NCBI RefSeq assembly: GCF_000002075.1
Contig: NW_004797330.1
Location: 254,911 to 318,910 of the forward strand
DNA length: 64,000 bases
Origin: Aplysia californica
Lineage: Eukaryota
Reading direction: 5' to 3'
Shown: in pieces, positions 37,101-46,962 of the stretch
Numbering within the stretch: position 1 is the stretch's first letter
Layout: each line of letters begins with the position of its first letter
Made by a program: the position numbers and the translations under genes
Notes under the pieces: model-generated
What the model was told of the DNA's origin: nothing
Databases searched by the model: none
The model's input: only the letters and a program-made list of their open reading frames with translations

Positions 37101-40100
37101 GGCTGAACAAGCAGAGATTCCGCTTCGCCTCTTCCTGCAGGGGGCGCTTGTAGCTGGTCAGATTGGCTTTGAGAACTCTGAAACAGTAGCATATGAGTTC
37201 TTGACCCAGGTAATACTTACTGTAGGCCTGAAACAGTTCAATTTTGTTGAAAGATGTTTATGTTATGTCGTATGAACATTTATGTTTTTAAACGTAGACA
37301 TTTATTATTCTGTTTCGCTCTTTATATTTCAGTCTACTTTACTTTCTTTGGTCTACATGAGTTAATGGTCAGTGTGGATAAGTGTATGGTCAGCTCTTTC
37401 TACTTCTTTTTACTTGTTATTATTGTTAAAACTTCTCCCACTCAAAGAATTGGCAGTTATTATCCTCGCTCATTGCAGCTCATTCCTGTTTTGTTTCAAA
37501 TTCTGTGTAGAAGTGCAACTATTGTTCTTGCTGAGGACTTTATGGTTGTTACTGTTTGTTGAATCGTTTGTGTTTGCTTTTTTGACTTAATGTATTAGTA
37601 TGTTAGAGTAGGAATATTCTCAGTTCGGATAAAAACCGTAATCTAGGAAGGGTATGAATCAAGTCTTAGCTGTCAGTGTTGCTTCCTAGCATTCTGCGTA
37701 ATATAAAGGGGATGGTAGTGTTTTATCAAAACTACTTGTAAACAGTAAATCGTATTTGTTTTTATTTTGAGTAAATAATGTGCTATTTTTCTCATGCTCA
37801 TCATACAATTGTCAAGTTGGTTTGTTAGTTGTAAATTGTTCAGTATGTATCTTCAGTGTGGTGATGATTACAGGGCATCATTGGTTGTTGCTACCCATTT
37901 GCCATCTTTAAGGTGTCTGTGTTTGTTTGTATTGTTTTTTCCCCCACCATCAAAAGACTGTCATTTTGTTTATGTACCTCTCTTTGACTTGACCACACAA
38001 ACTCTTTCTGCAGGCATTTTCCATTTATGAGGAGGAGATCAGCGACAGCAAAGCTCAGCTCTCTGCCATCACACTGGTCATTGGCACCTTGGAACAGATG
38101 AGCTGCTTTGGTGAAGAGAACCAGGAGCCTCTACTTACGCAGTGCGCTCTCGCTGCCTCAAAGTTACTAAAAAAACCAGATCAGTGTCGTGGTGTCTCAG
38201 TCAGTGCCCATCTCTTTTGGTCAGGAAAATCACAGGCGAAGGGAGGAGAGGTATGTGTTTTTGTGAATGTTTCCTTACAGTTATATATTTAATTAAGTTC
38301 TACATAAATGCTGTGCCTCACCATTTATCTCTCCAGGAAGATGTGAAAAAGTTGATAAATTACCGAGGCAGAATGTAGTCCTCTGTCCCTCAAGCGAAAG
38401 GTTCAGTTTAACTCTCTGTGACTCGATTGGTTCACTTATTTGTTCCTACTATCTGCGAGGTGCTCAAGCATTATCAGTCCTATATTTTTGTCACTACAGA
38501 TTGTTCAAGTTCCCTTTTTAAACTCTATAAACCAAATAGATAAAAGTAAATGTTGTCTGTTTGTTGGAGTGTGTGGCTTTCCAATCAGTATTCACCCAAA
38601 CTTTGCTTATTAAAAAAGTTTACCCAAGGAGGAACAGCCTTCCCGGTGGAGCTGAAGAACGGACCCACAACCTTTCAGTTGCGAGTGTGATGTTGTAATC
38701 ACTAGGCTAAGTAGACTTTTACTACGGAAACGATAACTTAAAAAAAAAGTGAAATACTTTCATACCCCGTTGGAGAAGACCAAAAACAAATCTTCTGTTT
38801 TATTTCTTTCTTTCTGTTCCTGTAGCTCAATGATGCCAAGCGTGTGTCAGACTGCCTGAAGAAAGGAGTGAAGATTGCCAACCAATGCATGGACAGCTCA
38901 GCACAAGTGCAGCTCTTTGTAGAAGTCCTGAACCATTACATCTATTTCTATGAAAAAGGCTGTGAACAGGTAAGTTGTTCTCATTGGAGGAAGTTGCTGC
39001 TTGATGGACAGTTCTTTTGAGAATATGCAACAATAGAAGGAAGGAACTGTGTGTAATCTACCATGAAACACCCAGCCTTTGAATACTATTAGATATCACA
39101 GACTGAAATTTCAAAGTCCTCTGATGTCATAGTTAACTGCACCACCATATAGAATTTATTATTCTGAGGATTTTGATAACAAATTTATACATATTGCTTC
39201 ATTCTTAATAAAGTTATGAACATCTGATCTGAAGTTGCAGAAAAACGCTGTATTTTTTAAATTGCGAAATGTCTGCACTTTGAGATGTCATAACATTCTT
39301 AAATTTGAATGGATATTCACAAAAACTTGTAAACACACACCCATGCACATAGAAAACAAGCCCAATTTTTTTCAGGGATGTCATATAACCAGAAGGTTGA
39401 AATTTATTGACGCAAACATGGCTTTTTGACCAAAATGGCAAGAAATACAAGGGGAGGTTGGAAATCATCACTCACGACCACCGGCTTCTCGTCTGCGAGC
39501 CGGGCCGCGCCGACGCGAAGGAGAAAGAATTTATACGAAACTGGCCTGATGGTGGCCCTGCTTGCGAGCTGATGGGGAGCGTCCAGTATTTATTTTTGTA
39601 TAATGGCTGTGTTATTCATGAAGAGGAATGAATGGGCTTTCTGCCGATATATTTCCATAGTCGGTCGGATCACTGGTTCCATAAGAAAACAGCATCAAAA
39701 GTTTTCACACACAAATCTCTTCTATTAATTCTTTAAGGACACTCTTTAGAAATATATTACCGCAAAGAGTGTTTTCTCATCTTAAAATATTGACGAATCA
39801 GATTGCAGTATTTAATACCGTACGCTCCCCATTTCAGTTCAACCGAGGTCACCCCAAAAATGGATGCACGAAACGCGCGGTCGCTGCAGTGAAAACCTCG
39901 ATAGTGTTGTCTTTTATCCCTCAAGATTTTGCTTTCAAAAGAATCGTTGATTCAAATAGATAATCCAACTAAAAAGAGGAAAACTCCTCTTTTTTGTGAT
40001 ATATCAAGTGTCTGTGTGTCTGCATGATCACACGCTGTTTTAGGAGGGTAAAAATATGGGTTTTGGTCTCCGTGATCGAGCGCCAGTTTTCGGTGCCTAA

Positions 40101-41017
40101 TACTATAAGGAACAATACCTTTTTAATGGGATCTAGAATTTAAGCTAGTTGTCCATTTGTATTTCAAATCCCTTGAGAATCTTGTTCGTTTCACTTGGAT
40201 TTATCAAACAGATCACAGTTATTAACACTTATGGGATAAATTCTGGTAGGCCTATTTCTAGTGGTCTTATAAAAGGTAGAGTTGACAGCTATTTTGCCCT
40301 CGAAATGTTCATGTTAAGTGAATATTTGTGGAGAAAAATCTAACACTCATATGGCTTCTCCTTCAACAGGAAAGTGTTATACTACCCTTCAGCAGGGCCT
40401 AGTCAAGCAAAATACCAGCATGTAAATAAGTTATATGTATATATATATACTTTTGAGAGTGGAGAAGTGTTCAAATGGTTTGGTCTTGAGGAAAGTGTAG
40501 TTCTGTATATGCAGGCAGAAAAGTGCTATTTGTTTGTTTTCATCGTAGACCTTTCACGTTTCAGTAACAGGTTCAACCCCTCAAATGGTGGAATAAAACA
40601 TACGAACAAATGTTTATACTTGGATGGACGTATGACATGTGTGATATTTACTTTGGTGTATTGTAGGGCTGGGCAGGCACAGGTACCAAGTGCTGGAACT
40701 CCTGATACTGTTGTAGGCAGTCTCAATATCGGCACCAGGCCTCCAGTACCGGTACGAGATGAGAAGGTGCCAACACCAAATGTTTAGCGCTGTGGGTCAG
40801 GTGCTAGAAAGTAATGTTTCTGTTCTTCTTGCCTCCTCAGATTTCAGTGCAAGTCCTTAACCAACTCATCTCAAAGATCCGTGAACTTTTACCAAACCTG
40901 GAATCTAACGAGGAGACTGAGCAGATCAACAAACACTTTAAGAACACTTTAGAACATCTCCAACACAAGCTGGACAACCAGGAGACAGCCGGACAGTATG
41001 AGGGTCTTGTATTGTAG
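10126..41017 (+). CDS. VPS35: Vacuolar protein sorting-associated protein 35 (retromer subunit), 17 coding exons, 798 aa
   Basis: Exons 10126-10128 (ATG, inferred), 13130-13231, 13512-13608, 14191-14314, 17484-17666, 19760-19982, 21131-21214, 22566-22675, 23053-23149, 31603-31751, 32499-32706, 34353-34508, 35754-35876, 37030-37209, 38014-38250, 38826-38969, 40841-41017 sum to 2397 nt in one frame. Signature motifs [38 protein letters not shown]. Confidence 0.97.
10887..10975. repeat. 34-bp tandem repeat (about 2.6 copies) with internal hairpin
   Basis: Unit GAATTGAGTCAGAATAGCCTCCAGCGGCTGTTCG; related motifs at 10520-10590, 10810-10850 and 28010-28062. Confidence 0.8.
11567..12228. mobile_element. 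MITE with 17-bp TIR in VPS35 intron 1
   Basis: TCCAGTTTTGGCCCCAA (11567) and TTGGGGCCAAAACTGGA (12212-12228), perfect; internal palindromic CTATTCTCACCCGG motifs. Confidence 0.7.
12290..12330 (-). repeat. Dispersed repeat motif GACCT(T/C)ATGCA(G/A)TTGCGAGCGCCGTAAA
   Basis: Same motif on the + strand at about 19408-19447 and 34560-34590. Confidence 0.7.
12715..12772 (-). mobile_element. tRNA-derived SINE head, 5'-truncated
   Basis: Minus strand GGTAAAGGTGTTGGACTCTCATTCAAAGGTCCCGGGTTCGAATCCGGGT with B box GGTTCGAATCC; no acceptor stem, so not a tRNA gene. Confidence 0.6.
13130..13231 (+). CDS. VPS35: VPS35 exon 2
   Basis: [34 protein letters not shown], ag/gtgag. Confidence 0.95.
13512..13608 (+). 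CDS. VPS35: VPS35 exon 3
   Basis: [32 protein letters not shown], followed by a U12 donor. Confidence 0.95.
13609..14190 (+). other. U12-type (minor spliceosome) GT-AG intron 3 of VPS35
   Basis: 5' site GTATCCTTT; branch-like TTTTTAAC about 10 nt before the AG; no polypyrimidine tract between branch and AG. Confidence 0.9.
14191..14314 (+). CDS. VPS35: VPS35 exon 4
   Basis: [40 protein letters not shown]. Confidence 0.95.
14746..17030. mobile_element. Non-autonomous hAT-type element in VPS35 intron 4
   Basis: TSD GTACCAAC (14738-14745) and GTACCAGC (17031-17038), 7/8; dense AGTAC(T) subterminal repeats at both ends; internal direct repeat of about 100 bp (near 15148 and 15528). Confidence 0.75.
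15854..16504. mobile_element. Tc1/mariner-type MITE nested in the hAT element
   Basis: Long imperfect TIRs TAGTGCAGTCAAAAATTCGTG... and ...CACGAATTTTTTGACCGCACTG, TA flanks; the same TIR start recurs at the window end (about 63985). Confidence 0.75.
17484..17666 (+). CDS. VPS35: VPS35 exon 5
   Basis: [12 protein letters not shown]...[21 protein letters not shown]. Confidence 0.95.
19760..19982 (+). CDS. VPS35: VPS35 exon 6
   Basis: [46 protein letters not shown]. Confidence 0.95.
20361..20781. mobile_element. MITE in VPS35 intron 6
   Basis: Inverted repeat core TCAATATCAGTCGTA (20374) and TATGACTGATATTGA (20754). Confidence 0.6.
21131..21214 (+). CDS. VPS35: VPS35 exon 7
   Basis: [28 protein letters not shown]. 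Confidence 0.95.
22566..22675 (+). CDS. VPS35: VPS35 exon 8
   Basis: [37 protein letters not shown]. Confidence 0.95.
23053..23149 (+). CDS. VPS35: VPS35 exon 9
   Basis: [32 protein letters not shown]. Confidence 0.95.
29265..29503. mobile_element. piggyBac-type MITE in VPS35 intron 9
   Basis: TTAA|CCCTATCCGTAC ... GTACGGATTGGG|TTAC. Confidence 0.7.
31603..31751 (+). CDS. VPS35: VPS35 exon 10
   Basis: [36 protein letters not shown]. Confidence 0.95.
32499..32706 (+). CDS. VPS35: VPS35 exon 11
   Basis: [31 protein letters not shown]...; AAG acceptor after (TG)n. Confidence 0.92.
32940..33548. mobile_element. MITE in VPS35 intron 11
   Basis: TIRs of about 32 bp, GTGTGTGCGCCTAAAGAAAGGTACCAAAAGTC and GACTTTTGGTATCTTCCTTTAGGCACACACAC. 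Confidence 0.7.
34353..34508 (+). CDS. VPS35: VPS35 exon 12
   Basis: [42 protein letters not shown]. Confidence 0.95.
34760..35386 (-). mobile_element. CR1/L2-group LINE 3' fragment
   Basis: [17 protein letters not shown] (post-RT motif) in ORF 35084-35386; simple-repeat tail near 34760-34790. Confidence 0.6.
35754..35876 (+). CDS. VPS35: VPS35 exon 13
   Basis: [41 protein letters not shown]. Confidence 0.95.
37030..37209 (+). CDS. VPS35: VPS35 exon 14
   Basis: [19 protein letters not shown]...[10 protein letters not shown]. Confidence 0.95.
38014..38250 (+). CDS. VPS35: VPS35 exon 15
   Basis: [16 protein letters not shown]...[14 protein letters not shown]...HLFWSG. Confidence 0.95.
38826..38969 (+). 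CDS. VPS35: VPS35 exon 16
   Basis: [48 protein letters not shown]. Confidence 0.95.
40841..41017 (+). CDS. VPS35: VPS35 exon 17 (terminal coding part)
   Basis: [40 protein letters not shown]...YEGLVL*. Confidence 0.95.
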   Translation: MSVQVLNQLISKIRELLPNLESNEETEQINKHFKNTLEHLQHKLDNQETAGQYEGLVL

Positions 41018-41744
41018 AGATATATGTGATGCTCCCACTCCCCTTTTCCGTTCATTCGCTCATCATCCTCTTGATGTCATGATCTTTCATCGTTGTATTT
41101 TTTTTTTCATTTTCTATACATTGGACATTTTAGGAAAACAATTAATAGAGCTTTCAAATTTTAATTGAATTTGCCAGTATTTATGCATTTGTCATGTAGA
41201 TTTATGTTTGTATCTACATTTGTCTGTGAAATGTTTTAGTGATCACTGTGAGAAGTTGTATCATGTCATTCCAACGTGATGTGCTGCCTTCAAGTCCATT
41301 GTCACTTTCAAGGCGTGGTTAGGCCTTGTTTGTATGATTTATTTAGAGAGTATATGTCACTTCCTTTTATGTGGTTAATTATATCTTTTTCTCTAGGAAG
41401 TTGCTTTTTCTTATAGCACAGTTGTAAAGTCTGTACATCTACAGGTTGTGCTTTCATGCCACTTACATAAGAGAAGGGATAGCAATGAATTAGAGAAAGC
41501 TGCTGTTTCAGGCAAAATCAGTTATACTGAACATTAAGATGTATAATTTGCTGGTTATTCTGAATACATATTACCACCATAGCTAAATTATTTTAATTTG
41601 TTTTCAATAATGTAGTACATGTCTGTCTCTGTACACAGGGATTTTTTTGTTGTTGGAACAAATCAGTGAAGGCTTAAATGCTTTTTTTTTCTGATTTCCC
41701 TTTGCTAGAATATGGAGTTACAATGATATAGTCATTTATAGGAA

Positions 41745-41784
<40 letters not shown>

Positions 41785-43607
41785 GAAAAAAAAAACATGG
41801 TGCAAAACTAGGAATAAAACACAGAGCTGTGGTAATGTTGTTGTCAACTGTCCATCAATGTTTGCAAGATCATCACCTTAGAATTCATTTTCTCAAAACA
41901 AAGGAAACATTGTTCAAAATTTTGTTTTTTCCCTTTTAAGAGTGTCCTGTTTCTTAGATTTGATTGTAATTACTAATTAGTGAGTGTATGCACTGTAATG
42001 ATGGTTCTTTGTTTTATCTTGAAATGCATGCACTTTTCTAAAAAACTGATGACCCTGCCTTTCTGGAGTTTGATACTTGGCTAAATGACAGTATGGTTGT
42101 ATGTTGTTCCTTTATCTTTATCTAGGAGCACAATCAGTAGGTATGAATTTACTTTTTAAAAGTGGATAACTCTTGAGGCAAAGTGGGACAATGGCACCGT
42201 CTTGTATCTTCAGTGTGTAGGGTTCAAGACACTGAACCCTCTGTTGGAAAATGGCCTATAGAATAAATGGAGGTGATTTGCTCAGAGAAAAGTAGGAGTG
42301 AAAAATGAGAAAATTGCAATGGCAGTTTTTTGTTGTGCTTACAGCAAAAAATAACTCACATAACTGTGTTTTATTTACCTCTTCCTTGTTCTATCATCAC
42401 TGCCGATTTCATGCCCATGCAGATTACAGAAAATGTCTAACAAATTGAGATTGGGTGTGTGTGTGTGTGTGTACTACATATCTACATCAGATTGTTAAAA
42501 ATTGTCTAGATCCCTACTTTTTGCTTTCAGGTTTTGGGATCTGATCGGTCCTGCGTTCATTTTGACTTAATAATAATGAGTTCAGTGAGTTGTCACAAAT
42601 TCTTACTGTTCCCATTATTTCTTTGCTTTTGATGACAGGATTTTAACCAGGAATAAAATTTTTGAATCATGTGCTTTCTGCATGGTCAAGGTGAAAGATG
42701 TCCCATAATGAAAAGGTAACCAAGCTGGCATGTGTTCGGTAGCGTGAAATTTTTTGCTATAGCTCATATATATGAGTGTTAGTTTTTGTATTTGCTTGTC
42801 TGATTATAAAACTATGTCTCTGCACTTTTGCCTGTGTATTAAAATATTCTTGCAGATTTTTTAAAGCCTGGGTACAAAATTTCAGTCATTGAAACTGACT
42901 CAGTAATTTGCTTCTGGCAAATTTTGATTTGTTACAGTGTTGCAAGGATTGCCAGCCCTCTGTGAAGCTTTGAATTATTTGCTAGACAAGATACAACATT
43001 AACAAAAAAGCTCGAGAATATTTTGCATCTCCTTCTGTTCATTTTGAGTATTTTTTCTGACTGCTGACTATGTTTTTATGAAAATGATTCAATCTTATGT
43101 CATCTTATAATACTTAAAGTTTTGTATTGTTAACCTTGTTCCAAGTCCAAGGTACTGATAAATTTAGGGCATTGTCACCAGGGAACCTTTAGCTATCAAT
43201 ATATATATCCTTCCTAAATTAGGACAGTGTAGAACAGCAATATGGTTGGTCAACTTATGACGTAGTAATTTTGATTTTTTCCTTGCATTATTTGTGAGAT
43301 ATTTTTGTATACAAATCATTTTATTATGAGAGGACTTGTCTGTTTATTAACAGATAGTGGATGTGTGAGTAATTTACTGTTTTTTATTTGAAGTCCCACA
43401 CAGCTATGACACCTTGAAGTGGTACTCGTAAGATATTACATTCTCACAATAGTTATATCTTCCCAATCATCAAAATCTGTGCAATTTCTTTGTCCATGCA
43501 GTTTTGTGTTGTCTATGAAAATGTGGAAAGTTTCAGACTTGCTGCACACAATCAGACTCAGACTGAATGTTCACGTTGTATTGTAAATATGAAGGATATG
43601 AACATTT

Positions 43608-43613
43608 AATAAA
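43608..43613 (+). terminator. Probable distal VPS35 polyadenylation signal
   Basis: AATAAA closing an AT-rich, CpG-poor 2.6-kb stretch after the stop; other AATAAA at 41813, 42262, 42652. Confidence 0.4.
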
Positions 43614-45167
43614 AGAAGAGTCTGTGACAGTTAATGTTGTTAAGCCAGAGCATACTCTCGTAATTGCTGGTCAGGTAAATAGCAACAAACTGTTGACTCT
43701 GTGGAACTTGAGCTTTGAAAGGTTTCTGAGTTACTTCTTGTTTGTAATTTATCAATGCAATGACCAGTTTTTGTTTCTTTGTACCCCTAAGAGGTTATTT
43801 ATAACACTAGAGGTCCCACCACTGATGTCACACATGTCACACATGGGGGTCTTCTTACCCTTGTCGGCTTGGTCGACGTGCCCATTTTCATGAACAATCT
43901 GAGTCCCCATGAGCTGTAGTATATCACAACACCACCCTGCCCCCACATTTCAGTTCAAACTTGTAGATTTCTAATAAGACTACCGAGACGCCTCCACATG
44001 AGGTTGAAAAGTACTCGCCCGTCAGTTGAACTGCGAATGTCGTGCCCTTGAAGTTCAGCATCCCAGAGTGCACACGCAGCCCCAATTCGTTTACGTGAGG
44101 GACGTCACTGCCACAAACTCTAGTTCTAAATATAACCTCTTTGACTGTACCCACAGACATCTTAATACTGACTTTCAAGTTTATATCAGTTGGTAGTACA
44201 GTTGTAATATACAGGGTGATTAAAAAAGAATGAACCAATTTCGTTGCGCAATATCTTAATAAGGAAAAGCAATAGAAAACTCCATACGAGTCGTAAGTAT
44301 TGTACTCCAATCAGCTTTTGTTTCCTGTCTTACATGTGTCCACACTCCAATGTGGCCACCACCAGCAGCACAGACAACATCAATGAAGCAATACAATAAG
44401 TCAATTTATAAGAGAATTGATCTCAGACCAGTTTGAGCATATCATTGGCGTTTTTTCTTCACAGAAGATGCAAATTCGATCCGCGAAAGGAAAAGATTTT
44501 ATCGAGTATCTGTCTTTTTTGCTGGGATGTTGTATCCTTCTTACTCTTAGTCAAGGTCGGCCACGATGGGTACAGTCAAAGCAGCCAGCTTTGATAAAAA
44601 TTGTGTTAATATAATAAAGACGCAATGTACCTAGTTACTTATTTTCACCCTTCAAAGCATAAATAACCACATCGCTCAAGGTATTCAGACCCCCACCCAA
44701 TAAATACGACTGTCTTGCCAAGCTATTGGTTTTTTTATAGAAAACGTATAGTTACTGATTTCATGTTTTCAGGATTTTATAACAAAAACTGAACTGAGAA
44801 CATATAAGGTTCCCCAATACCACTGAATTTACTTATATATATATATGCTTGGAGTTGGAGTGATAGAAACTAATATTCTTCATGTAATTCGAGTAAAGGA
44901 AAGAACCTTCTCCTCTGTTCTTTTAACTTAATAAATTGAACTGGGCCATAACAAAATCATGTCTATTCTTCTGGTCAGCATGTACTTGGCCCTCTGACAT
45001 AGGTAGATGAAAGGTGCCTCAGCTATAAATAATAGTAATAGTAATAGCCTACTTCTTTATTCTCCTGCTAGTCAATTCTTCAGCAGCACAAAATTGCCAT
45101 TGCCATAAAAAACTATACAGTAGAACACGGCTATAGCGGGACTTTTGGTTTCAGAAGAAAAATCCCG

Positions 45168-45210
45168 CTGTAGGCTGTAGGCTGTAGGCTGTAGGCTGTA
45201 GGCTGTAGGC
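45168..45210. repeat. (CTGTAGG)6 heptamer repeat
   Basis: Read directly. Confidence 0.9.
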
Positions 45211-45745
45211 CACTTCCCGCTACAGGAAAGCAAAGGGGAAATTATCGAAAAATTTATATAATTTCCTTGTCTTTGTAGAACTGGTGATGCCGAAGCGTGC
45301 ATATGCCAAAGAGCACCAACGATCGCAATTCAATTAATCAGGAATCACACACAAGCTCTCCTCTTCTTTAACTTTTTGGTCTAGTCTAAGGCTACGGCCT
45401 ATGCGCTCTCATACTCATACTGAGCGTCTAAGCTACGGCACATCATTTTTGGAGTGGCTCACGTAGCGCGTCTACAGCCCCCCAAACCCCTTAACCCCCA
45501 GCTAAAGCTTGCTCCATCTCTCCCGCTGCATCCCAGTTTGGCCTTTCCTTGTCCCACTAAACCTGAGCACAGGTAACGGAGTTTACACAGGAAAAAAAAC
45601 CCAGGGGTTCTGGTGTAGTGGGTGCCACTATAATCATGTTCTACTGTATATATGTAAATATATTGATGAGCTTCTCTTTAATTTTCATAACACCAATACA
45701 CTAAAACATTCCACCCATCTTATGATGACCCCATGACCTAAAAAT

Positions 45746-45908
45746 AGAAAGAGAGGCAGAGGCAGACAGAGGGAAAAGATACTGGACAAGATGACAACAT
45801 GGCTAGGAGCAGCAACAACAACAAACACCATTGCTGAAACGCAAGACAGAGTGAAGTGGAGGTCCATAATCGCCTACGCCAGGCGGCAAGGCACCGGATG
45901 ATGATAAT
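45746..45908 (+). mobile_element. RTE-clade LINE 3' end
   Basis: RKRGRGRQREKILDKMTTWLG ... QDRVKWRSIIAYARRQGT followed by a TGATGA tail. Confidence 0.7.
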
Positions 45909-46825
45909 TAGACCACATTAAAAAATATCTTTTCCTCACATGGGCAAAGCCTGAGTCAAAAGGAACGCATCAGCATGCACGTGAGATTGGTTTGATAACT
46001 TTTTAAAGTCTTGCATCCAAAAGAGGAGTAAAGCGGGCTTCCAGACCCAAAAAAAATTATGAAAGAGAAACATTCAGAAAGAATTCCTTTCAATTGCCTC
46101 TCCACTCCCCCAACAAGTCACAATAGCGACAAAATGAAATAATAAGGCTCAACAGCAGCTCTGGGTCGTTTAAGTGGTAACACAAATTTATTCAAGTCAC
46201 TGAATACCACAGTCTCAATAAATTAACACCTCGTATTTGGTGAAATCATGGTGAGATGAACATTACAAGAGCTGGTGAGATATGGCCATCATTCTTCGAA
46301 ATGCACCTTAACACCTTTGAAAAACCAATCCCAACCAATTCTTTTCATCCTTCAAGTGTGTCACCTAAGAGCAATTTGAACAGTCCAAGTGCAATTTGAA
46401 CAGCCCTACACTACTTAAGTAAAAGTCTACAGAACAAGATAAGAAAACACTGAGCTGCGCTGCATGTGGGACAATATATGCTAGTTACTTAGCAATAGGG
46501 AGTCCCTACGTTGAGGCCAAAGAATATGATATGTTAAAAAAAAACAACAGTTACCTGAATTTAAAAATTGACACAGAAAAACAAAAATTTGATCACTCTG
46601 TCATACCCATACCAAATTCAAAGCACCTTCTGCCATGGATCATGGCGGTGGACTCAGACAAGGGAACTCTGGACGTACACATTAACTTACACATCTTATT
46701 CAAAACCCAAACACGGCAAGACAAGTGGACCAACAAAAACAAACACTTAAGGAACGTGTGCATATCACCATTGACTCATCATGCAAAACAGAGCTGTAAA
46801 AGAAAAAAGCGGCTTTATTGTCTGT

Positions 46826-46962
46826 CTAGTTTTTCCATTCCAACTTGTCGTAGTCCCATTTGGCTGAGACGCCCTGGATGGCTCCCTGGCCTTGGTCAAG
46901 CATCCTCTGTAGAGATGCCTCCTGCCACTCACGAGTGATCGTGCTGGGAGGAGGTGGGTACA
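46826..46962 (-). CDS. COX4: COX4 coding exon 4
   Basis: YPPPPSTITREWQEASLQRMLDQGQGAIQGVSAKWDYDKLEWKN*. Confidence 0.95.
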
